Positions 1-7,159 of a stretch of 64,000 bases of DNA are shown here, piece by piece (position 1 is the stretch's first letter; each line of letters begins with the position of its first letter). The notes under the pieces were generated by a model. The model saw only the letters and a program-made list of their open reading frames with translations, did not search any database and was not told the origin of the DNA. Position numbers and translations under genes: made by a program. Origin of the DNA: Burkholderiaceae bacterium. GTDB lineage: Bacteria; Pseudomonadota; Gammaproteobacteria; Burkholderiales; Burkholderiaceae_C. The stretch covers positions 376,040 to 440,039 of the forward strand of contig OZ257131.1 in NCBI GenBank assembly GCA_965278985.1. The letters are read 5' to 3'.

Positions 1-2
1 TG

Positions 3-857
3 TCAATGCTGGGCGTCCGGCTGCCAGCGGATGATGAGCCGCTCGGCGCCCACCACCAGCAGGAAGAACAGCCCCGACAAGGTGGCGCTCATCGTGATCG
101 CGGCATACAGCAGCGCCGAATCGAAGTTGAAAGTGGCCTGCAGGATCAGCGCGCCCACACCGACCGTGGAGCCCACCCACTCGCCGACCACGGCGCCGAT
201 CACGCACATGGATGCAGAGATGCGCAGGGCCGAGAACAGGTAGGGCAGCGCGTTCAACAGCCGCAGGCGGAAGAAGATCTCGGTCTTGCTGGCCGACAGG
301 ATGCGCATCAGCTCCATGGCCTGCGGGTTCACCGATTCGAGCCCGCGCACCATGTTCACCAGCGTGGGGAAGAAACACACCAGCGCGGCGATCGTGATCT
401 TGGGTTCCATGCCGTTGCCCATCAGCAGCACCAGCACCGGGGCCTTGGCGACCATGGGCACCGAGTTGAACATCACCACGATGGGAAAGAAGATGTCCTG
501 CAGCTTGCGGTTGTGCACGAAGGCCGTCGCCACCAGGATTGCCGCGAGGTTGCCCAGCAGGAAGCCGCTGGCCGCCTCGATGGTGGTGGGGACGAGGTTG
601 GCCAGAAGCACACCGCGCTTTTCATAGAGGGTCTGCACCACGGCCACGGGCGAAGGGGCGATGAAGGGCTTGACCTCGAACACTTTGATGGCGGCCCACC
701 ACAGGAACAGCAGGCCCACAATGCCGAGGGCCGGCAGGATGCGCTTGCTCCACAGGCGGCGCCGGCGCGCCGCGTCCCAGGCCTGGTATTCGGGATCTGC
801 GGGTGGTGCCTGGCCCAGTGCGCCCGGCAGCGGGGTGTCGATGGAAGAGGTGGACAT
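3..857 (-). CDS. ABC transporter permease, NitT/TauT family (SsuC/TauC-like); 3' end truncated by window edge
   Basis: ORF 3..1613(-) trimmed to the Met at 857 (MSTSSIDTPLP...). Hydrophobic multi-TM protein with a BPD-transporter EAA-type loop. It lies directly downstream of the ATPase gene. The ORF runs off the window without a stop. Confidence 0.8.
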   Translation of the reverse strand: MSTSSIDTPLPGALGQAPPADPEYQAWDAARRRRLWSKRILPALGIVGLLFLWWAAIKVFEVKPFIAPSPVAVVQTLYEKRGVLLANLVPTTIEAASGFLLGNLAAILVATAFVHNRKLQDIFFPIVVMFNSVPMVAKAPVLVLLMGNGMEPKITIAALVCFFPTLVNMVRGLESVNPQAMELMRILSASKTEIFFRLRLLNALPYLFSALRISASMCVIGAVVGEWVGSTVGVGALILQATFNFDSALLYAAITMSATLSGLFFLLVVGAERLIIRWQPDAQH

Positions 858-865
858 GACGGGCC

Positions 866-1660
866 TCAGCAGGTCTCGAGCACACGGCGCAGGTGCGCCG
901 TGAGTTGCGTGAAGGCGGGGGTGTCGCGGATCGCCAGGCTGCGGTCCTCCGGCAGGTCCACCGGCACGATCTCGCGCACGCGGCCGGGGTTGGAGGCCAG
1001 CATCAGCACTCGCTGGCCCAGGAAGGCGGCCTCGTGGATGCTGTGCGTGACGAACAGGATGGTCACGCCCGTCTCCTTCCACACGCGACGGATCTCGCCG
1101 TTGAGGCGGTCGCGCGTGATCTCGTCCAGCGCGCCGAAGGGCTCGTCCATCAGCAGGACCTTCGGGTCGCTGACCAGCGCTCGCGCTATTGCCACACGCT
1201 GGCGCTGGCCGCCGGAGAGCTCGTGCGGCCAGGCGTTCGCGCGGTCCTTCAGGCCCACGAGCTCCAGCAGTTCCAGCGGTGTCCGCCTGCCGCGCCGGGC
1301 GGCGCCGCCGCCCACCTGCAGCGGCAGCTCCACGTTCTGCAGCGCCGTGCGCCAGGGCAGCAAGGCCGCATCCTGGAACACGAAGCCGATGTCGCGCTGC
1401 GTACGTGCCTGCTGCGCCGAGGTGGACAACACCTCGACCCGGCCCCTGTTGGGCGGCAGCAGGTCGGCCACCACGCGCAGCAGGGTGGACTTGCCGCAGC
1501 CCGAAGGGCCGAGCAGGCTCAGGAACTCGCCCTGCGCCACCTCCAGGTCCAGGCTCTTGATCGCGGTGATGTCGCGGCGCTCGGTGAAGAAGCGAACACC
1601 GATGTCGTGGCAACGCATGGCCGCCGGGGCGTGCTGGGGAGTGGGCATGAGGGTGGGCAT
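866..1660 (-). CDS. ABC transporter ATP-binding protein (SsuB/TauB/NrtD-like)
   Basis: Walker A GPSGCGKST, ABC signature LSGGQRQRVAIARAL, Walker B LLMDEPFGALD, and H-loop VTHS. The true start may be the internal Met at 1618 (MRCHDIG...). Confidence 0.85.
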   Translation of the reverse strand: MPTLMPTPQHAPAAMRCHDIGVRFFTERRDITAIKSLDLEVAQGEFLSLLGPSGCGKSTLLRVVADLLPPNRGRVEVLSTSAQQARTQRDIGFVFQDAALLPWRTALQNVELPLQVGGGAARRGRRTPLELLELVGLKDRANAWPHELSGGQRQRVAIARALVSDPKVLLMDEPFGALDEITRDRLNGEIRRVWKETGVTILFVTHSIHEAAFLGQRVLMLASNPGRVREIVPVDLPEDRSLAIRDTPAFTQLTAHLRRVLETC

Positions 1661-1681
1661 GGACGAAAGACTCTCAGGCTC

Positions 1682-2695
1682 TCATGCCTTCATGCGCTGG
1701 GCCATGGTGGCCTTGAGCGGGTCCAGCGAGATCACGTCGCCCAGCACAGGTGTCTTGGCCGTGAACTGGCCCAGCTGCGTGTACAGCGTGATCTGCTCCT
1801 GCCAGATGGCGGGGTCCATCGCGCCCCAGCCCTGGGATTGCGCCAGGCCGCCGAAGCTGTAGTCCACCTGCGCATCCACGGCCAGGCGCTCGTCGTCGCG
1901 CTTGAGGTTGGGGTACTCCTTGACCAGCAGGTCGGTGGCCTCGTCGCGGTTGTTGCGCACATAGTTCCATCCCCGCGCGGTGGCGCGCAGGAAGGCCTCG
2001 ACCACCTTGGGCTGGGTCTCCAGCGTCTTGACCGACGCGTAGTAGGGCAGCGCGTAGAGGCGCACGCCCGTGTCCCACAGCAGCATGTCCACGCGCTCCT
2101 TGCCCAGCAGCTTGAGCGCGGTGGTGTCGGTCTGCCAGCCGATCACCACGTCCACCTGCCCGGTGAGCAGCGGCGACAGGTCGGGGCCGCTGGGGACCAC
2201 CGTGACCTCCGTCTCTGGAATCTTGTTCTGCGCCAGCAGCGCGCGCAGCAGGATGCGGGAAGTCTGGGGCAGCGCGACCTTCTTGCCGACGAGGTCTGCG
2301 GGCTTGCGCACCGGGTTCTTCTGCAGCGAGAAGAAGGTGAAGGGGTGCTTCTGGGCGCCCACCGCGATGCATTTGATGGGGATGCCCTGCGAGACCGCCA
2401 GCATGATGGACGGACTGGACGAGCCCTGGCCCACCTCGTGGCGGCCCGAGGCGACGATGGCCACGCCGTCGATGTTGGGCCCGCCCGACTGGATCACGAA
2501 ATCGATGCCCTCCTGGTCGTAATACCCCAGGCGCTTGGCCACCACCTCGCCGACCTGGTTCACGGTGGGGATCCAGCCCAGCTGCATGTTGATCTTCACC
2601 TTGCCCTGGGCAGAGGCGTTGACTGCCAGCAGGCCACCTGCTATGAGCGAGGATTGGAGGAGGGTTCTGCGGCGAAGACCTTGGGGGGAGTGCAT
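1682..2695 (-). CDS. ABC transporter periplasmic substrate-binding protein (NMT1/THI5-SsuA family)
   Basis: 337 aa with an N-terminal Tat/Sec-like signal RRRTLLQSSLIAGGLLAVNASAQG. SsuA/NMT1-like composition. Co-oriented with the ATPase and permease genes immediately downstream. Confidence 0.75.
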   Translation of the reverse strand: MHSPQGLRRRTLLQSSLIAGGLLAVNASAQGKVKINMQLGWIPTVNQVGEVVAKRLGYYDQEGIDFVIQSGGPNIDGVAIVASGRHEVGQGSSSPSIMLAVSQGIPIKCIAVGAQKHPFTFFSLQKNPVRKPADLVGKKVALPQTSRILLRALLAQNKIPETEVTVVPSGPDLSPLLTGQVDVVIGWQTDTTALKLLGKERVDMLLWDTGVRLYALPYYASVKTLETQPKVVEAFLRATARGWNYVRNNRDEATDLLVKEYPNLKRDDERLAVDAQVDYSFGGLAQSQGWGAMDPAIWQEQITLYTQLGQFTAKTPVLGDVISLDPLKATMAQRMKA

Positions 2696-2749
2696 GGCGG
2701 GTTCCTTTGCGGAGGGAGAGGGGAGGTGGGAGGAGGCGTCGTGAAGGGA

Positions 2750-3265
2750 TCAGTCGGTGAGTTCCAGGACGCAGCCATACCGCGCATCCAGGCGGCAGCT
2801 GTGGTGGTCCGTGACGTTGGTGTCGGCCAGTTCGAGGTTGAAGAAGCTGGCCTCGGGGGTGGTGAACAGCGGGCCGGCATGCCAGGTGCCTCGGTGCAGC
2901 ATCACGGCCACGTCGCCCGGGATGCGGAAGGCCTGGATGTCGGCGATGGCGGGCTCGGCCCCGGCGGTGTCCACGTCGCGCGGCGGTGCCACGGCAACCA
3001 CCCATGGCTGCCCGCCCACGGAGGCCAGGGCCTGCGTGACCTGGCGGTGCCGCGTGATGCGCCGCACGGTCATGCCCGTGTGGTTGTACAGCCGCATGGT
3101 GTAGAAGCGCGGCGTGCCGCGCGACAGCTCGAGCCGGGCGTCCTGCGGACCGAAGGCGATGCCGTCTTCCAGCGCAGCCATCACGGTGCCGAAGGGGGCG
3201 AAGGACTCGGACGTGAGTGCCTGGATCGGCAAGGGGATCACGCGGGGTGGTGTGGCGTCGGTCAT
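2750..3265 (-). CDS. ureidoglycolate lyase (AllA)-family cupin protein
   Basis: 171 aa. Recalled resemblance to E. coli AllA: N-terminal LPIQALTSESFAPFGTV region, RHRQVTQA segment, and HRGTWHAGPLF near the C-terminus versus AllA NYHRNVWHHPLF. The family call is from memory, not an alignment. Confidence 0.55.
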   Translation of the reverse strand: MTDATPPRVIPLPIQALTSESFAPFGTVMAALEDGIAFGPQDARLELSRGTPRFYTMRLYNHTGMTVRRITRHRQVTQALASVGGQPWVVAVAPPRDVDTAGAEPAIADIQAFRIPGDVAVMLHRGTWHAGPLFTTPEASFFNLELADTNVTDHHSCRLDARYGCVLELTD

Positions 3266-4788
3266 GTGATGTCTTCGGTGCTGCGCACGCGTGCGTGGAA
3301 GGTGGATTCGAAGTCGTCCGGCAGGTCGAGCTCCCGTTCGTCATAGCGCGCGAGGCCGCTCAGCAGCGCGCCGCTCTGGTCCAGGAACAGCCTCTGCGTG
3401 AGGCCCCGCACCAGGCGCGGCAGGGCGTGCTTGTGGCCGCTGATGGAGGTCGAATGCGGGCCCTGGCTCACATAACTCGCGCTGTTGAAGGCGAACACGC
3501 GCGAGACCCATTCGGCGCCCGGCGCACGGGCCAGGAATTCGTAGTGTTCGCCCAGGTAGGGATAGGGCGCGAGCGCCGCGTTGTCCTCGCCCGCGGGCGG
3601 CACGAAACGGTCGGACCAGCGCGCGACCAGCGGTGCGATCGTCGACAGCTCCGGCCGCGCGCCCAGGTCGACCTGCTGGCCGGTGGCGCAGATGACGTGG
3701 TCGAAGCACAACGTGCCCCGCGGCGTGTCCGCCTCGATCTCCTGCCCGGTCCAGCGCACCTGGCTCCAGCCGCTCGCTGCATGCAGCGCGAAGCCGGGCA
3801 TCGCCAGCGCGCGGTAGAAGCTGCCGCGCGGCGGTGGCTGGTCGAAGCGGCGGAAGTGCTGCGCCACGCCCCAGCGCGTGGCATCGTCCAGGCGTGGGTA
3901 ATGCGTCATGAAGCCGGCCGTCTCGATGTGCCGGTGGGGGTTGACGCGTGGCAGCCGCGCGCGCCGGAAGCACAGGTCCACCGCGCAGGCGCCCGCCTCC
4001 AACGCAGCCACGGCGTTGTCGAAGGCCGAGGCGCCGTGACCCAGGATGCCCACGCGCAGGCCGCGCATCGCGCCGAAGTCGATGGCGTCGCTGCTGTGGT
4101 GGCAGCGCGCGGGCGGCAGTGCCGCGGCGATGAATTCGGGCACCCGCCACGCACCCGCGCCGTCGGTGCCCGTGGCCAGCACCACGAGGCGCGCCAGGCG
4201 CGTGCGCAGCGCGCCGCCGCTGCGCGTGGTGACGGCGAGCGGGCCGTTGCCAGGCGTCGGCTGGATGTCCAGCACTTCGCAACCGTTCTCCACCGGCAGG
4301 TCCAGCGCGGCGCGGTACCAGCGCAGGTAGTCCATCCACAGGCTGCGCGGCACGCGGTCGATGGACGCCCACGCAGTGGCGCCGAAACGCGCCACGTACC
4401 ACTGCTGCAAGCCCAGCGAGGGCAGGCCCAGGTCCATGCCGTTCAGGCGCTTGGGCGTGCGCAGCTCGGGCATGCGTGCGAAGGTCTCCCACACGCCTTC
4501 GTTGCCCGCGCTGGCGCGGTCCAGGATGGCGACGTTCGGCACGCCCTGGGCCCGCAGCATCGCGCACGCGGCCAGGCCCGACTGGCCACCGCCCACGATC
4601 AGCACGTCGTGGATGGCGGGGTCACCCTGTGCCGTGTCCCGTGGCAGTACCCAGGCACGGTCCGGGTAGGCCAGCATCGCCAGCTCGTCGCGGGCCCGCG
4701 ACGCCAGCGCAGCGGCGCGTTGTTCGCCGCCTGCCAGCAAGGGCGGGAGGGCGCAATCCGGGGCCTGGTGCATGGGGTGGGCGCTCAT
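3262..4788 (-). CDS. FAD/NAD(P)-binding flavoprotein monooxygenase (class-B FMO / N-hydroxylating-like)
   Basis: ORF 3262..5226(-) trimmed to Met 4788 (MSAHPMHQ...). Two dinucleotide-binding motifs: VLIVGGGQSGLA near the N-terminus and VGILGHGASAFD mid-protein. Overlaps the AllA-like gene by 4 nt (coupled). Confidence 0.65.
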   Translation of the reverse strand: MSAHPMHQAPDCALPPLLAGGEQRAAALASRARDELAMLAYPDRAWVLPRDTAQGDPAIHDVLIVGGGQSGLAACAMLRAQGVPNVAILDRASAGNEGVWETFARMPELRTPKRLNGMDLGLPSLGLQQWYVARFGATAWASIDRVPRSLWMDYLRWYRAALDLPVENGCEVLDIQPTPGNGPLAVTTRSGGALRTRLARLVVLATGTDGAGAWRVPEFIAAALPPARCHHSSDAIDFGAMRGLRVGILGHGASAFDNAVAALEAGACAVDLCFRRARLPRVNPHRHIETAGFMTHYPRLDDATRWGVAQHFRRFDQPPPRGSFYRALAMPGFALHAASGWSQVRWTGQEIEADTPRGTLCFDHVICATGQQVDLGARPELSTIAPLVARWSDRFVPPAGEDNAALAPYPYLGEHYEFLARAPGAEWVSRVFAFNSASYVSQGPHSTSISGHKHALPRLVRGLTQRLFLDQSGALLSGLARYDERELDLPDDFESTFHARVRSTEDIT

Positions 4789-4835
4789 GGGTGGTGGCGT
4801 GGAAGTCCTTTCACCCTTGCAATGAGCGTGCCATT

Positions 4836-4872
4836 TTGTCCAAATGGACAAAAAAGTTGTCCATTTGGACAA
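4836..4872. promoter_or_regulatory. Two tandem RutR-box-like palindromes, TTGTCCAAATGGACAA (4836..4851) and TTGTCCATTTGGACAA (4857..4872), in the divergent promoter region
   Basis: Read directly from the sequence. Each 16-mer is a near-perfect palindrome close to the E. coli RutR consensus TTGACCAnnTGGTCAA. The two are reverse complements of each other and centred 21 bp apart. They sit 48-84 bp upstream of the monooxygenase start and about 185 bp upstream of the RutR-like gene. Confidence 0.6.
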
Positions 4873-5056
4873 AATCAATGACTTGCGTGTGGACGGTGCG
4901 GGTCTGCCACTGCGACAGGAGCCCCGGGGCACCACGCCGACACGCCGTGCGGCGCGGTTGTGGTGCACGGCGCGCGCACGTTTCGTGCATGCTGTGGCAG
5001 CATGGCACCGAAGCCGGTATCCGGCCTCCGCAGACGCAGCAAGACAAGAACCGCAC

Positions 5057-5818
5057 ATGGCCCTGAAGACACCCCGCAAGAACCCGACCCCTCTGCAGCG
5101 CAGCGCGCGCGGCGCGGAAGCGAAAGCAACTGCGAAGCGCAGGAGCCCCGCGGCCGGCGCGGCACCCGCCGCCGCTGTGCGAACACCCCTGGCACGCGGC
5201 GGCCGGCTGCGCCAGACCGAGGACAAGCGCAGCGCGATCCTGGGCGCGGCGCTGGCGCTGTTTTCGCGCTACGGGCTGCACGGCACCTCGGTGGACGAGG
5301 TGGCTGCCAGCGCGCAGGTCTCCAAGAGCAACCTGCTGTATTACTTCGCCAACAAGGAAGAGCTGTATGTGTCCGTGCTGCACGAGCTGCTGGACCTGTG
5401 GCATGCGCCGCTGCTGGACTTCCGCGTCGAACAGGATCCGCGCGAGGCCATCGCCGGCTATATCCGCCGCAAGCTCAGCCTGTCCCGCGACCGGCCGGAC
5501 GCCTCACGCCTGTTCTGCCTGGAAATGGTGCAGGGTGCCCCGCTGCTGCGCGACGAGATGGCGCGCGAGATGCGCGAGCTGGTGGGGAGCAAGGCCGACG
5601 TGATCCGCGCCTGGGTGGCGGATGGCCGCCTCGCACCGGTGGAGCCGCTGCACCTGGTGTTCGCGCTGTGGGCCACCACGCAGCACTACGCCGACTTCGC
5701 GGCCCAGGTGCAGGCCCTCACGGGCCAGACGCTGGACGACCCGGTGTTCTTCGAGCAGACGGTGGCGAACGTCCAGCGCATCGTGCTCGATGGCGTCGCG
5801 GCCCGGCCGGCGGGCTGA
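5057..5818 (+). CDS. rutR: TetR-family transcriptional regulator, RutR-like
   Basis: Trimmed to Met 5057 (MALKTPRKNP...). Close similarity to E. coli RutR: SKSNLLYYFANKEELYVSVL vs SKTNLLYYFPSKEALYIAVL, ASRLFCLEMVQGAPLL vs ASRLFCMEMLAGAPLL, and WATTQHYADFAAQVQALTG vs WASTQHYADFAPQVEAVTG. Confidence 0.8.
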   Translation: MALKTPRKNPTPLQRSARGAEAKATAKRRSPAAGAAPAAAVRTPLARGGRLRQTEDKRSAILGAALALFSRYGLHGTSVDEVAASAQVSKSNLLYYFANKEELYVSVLHELLDLWHAPLLDFRVEQDPREAIAGYIRRKLSLSRDRPDASRLFCLEMVQGAPLLRDEMAREMRELVGSKADVIRAWVADGRLAPVEPLHLVFALWATTQHYADFAAQVQALTGQTLDDPVFFEQTVANVQRIVLDGVAARPAG

Positions 5819-5848
5819 GCGACCTCGCGGGTGGCTGCGCGTGGCCGG

Positions 5849-6799
5849 TCACGCCACGGGAATCCAGATCTCCGTGTGCAGCTTCTCCGCCGGCGTGGTG
5901 TCGGGCGTGGTGATGCAGACCTCCAGCGGCGGCACGTCGCGCAGTGGCAGGCCCGACGCAGGCAGCCAGTCGCGGTAGATCGCGTTCCAGCTGCGGTGCA
6001 GCGTGTCGTAGGGGCCGATGTGCGTGAACACCGCATACCGACCCGGCGTGATGGGCGTCCAGGCCAGGCTGCCGTCCAGCGGGATGTCGGGCTGCAGGCA
6101 TTCACCTTCCGCCTGGTCGATGCGGTAGCCGAACAACACGCCGGCGATGTAGCGGCAGTCCGGGTCGTCCGGGCCCTTGGCGTCGTCGGGGGCCAGCGCA
6201 ATGCAGCTGCGGATGGCGGACATGTGGCCCGCCTTGCCGATCGCGGCCATCAGCTCGCCGAAGGCCTGTTGCGCGGCGCGGGTGAGGGTGTTGGCCACCA
6301 TGCCGCGGGCGGTGGCGGTCAGGGCCGTCAAGGGGCGGCTGGCGTGGAGTTCGGTGAAGCGGGTGGGCTCGATCATCGGGATTGGCTCCTGCGGTGGAAG
6401 GGGTGTGCCTGGCATGTCCGATGCCCACAGCGCCGTCCATGCGACGGTGCGCCCGTGCCGCACATCGCTGGGCGTGCAATCCAGTTCGCGCCGCATGGCC
6501 TTGGCCAGGGCCTGCGCCGACGCGAAGCCCACGGCCAGCGCAATGTCGAGCACTGGCTCGCGGCCGCTGACCAGCATCGCGCAGGCGCGCTGCATGCGGC
6601 GGCGCATGACGTGCGTGCCCACGCTGCAGCCGACCTGCGCCAGGAACACGCGGTGAAAATGGTGGCGCGACATCGCGGCACGGTCGGCCAGGGTGTCGGC
6701 ATCGGGGGCTTCGTCCAGGTGCGTCTCCACGTAGGCCAGTGCCCGCGCGATCAGCGTGGCATGGCGGTGGGTGGTGGCATCCGGGCGTCGCGAAAGCAT
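5849..6799 (-). CDS. AraC-family transcriptional regulator with C-terminal GyrI-like effector-binding domain
   Basis: 316 aa. N-terminal AraC-type HTH (HFHRVFLAQVG..., ALAVGFASAQALAKAMRRELDCTP). C-terminal half has GyrI-like/AraC-E-binding character (RYAVFTHIGPYDTL..., TEIWIPV). Confidence 0.7.
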   Translation of the reverse strand: MLSRRPDATTHRHATLIARALAYVETHLDEAPDADTLADRAAMSRHHFHRVFLAQVGCSVGTHVMRRRMQRACAMLVSGREPVLDIALAVGFASAQALAKAMRRELDCTPSDVRHGRTVAWTALWASDMPGTPLPPQEPIPMIEPTRFTELHASRPLTALTATARGMVANTLTRAAQQAFGELMAAIGKAGHMSAIRSCIALAPDDAKGPDDPDCRYIAGVLFGYRIDQAEGECLQPDIPLDGSLAWTPITPGRYAVFTHIGPYDTLHRSWNAIYRDWLPASGLPLRDVPPLEVCITTPDTTPAEKLHTEIWIPVA

Positions 6800-7159
6800 G
6801 GCCCATTGTGCAGAGCCGCCTGGACGGCGGCGTGTCCGATCGTGCTCTCAAGGAAACGCCGGGCTGCCCCAAGTTTCCTTGCCCCCCCGGGGGGCGGGCT
6901 GGGCGCAGCCCGGCCCTGGGGGCGCTCAGACGTCCAGGCGTACTGGCGTAATGGTGTACGGGCGTGTGGCCTGCGCCCGCGCGTGGCAAGACTGTAGGGT
7001 TCTCGCGACGGTCTATGAGGCATTCAGGTTGCATCTGCCATACTTGGTTACTGGTTGCGATGGCTTCCAAGCCTCCCAATGCCAGACGCACTCACCTGGA
7101 AGGGTGGGACGAACCACCACACATGTGGCTAACTTCCGGGGCTGACCCGGATAACGGCG

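Noticed and set aside
893-4881. Long plus-strand ORFs (893..3346, 3217..4881) and alternative minus frames (1674..3344, 3341..4567)
   Set aside because: Antisense or out-of-frame to well-supported genes (ABC transporter, AllA-like, monooxygenase). Low-complexity R/A/G/P translations.
7030-7065. Sigma-54 promoter-like TGG...TTGC upstream of the first kinase gene
   Set aside because: The GG-to-GC spacing is 9, not 10, and the flanks do not match TGGCAC-N5-TTGCA.
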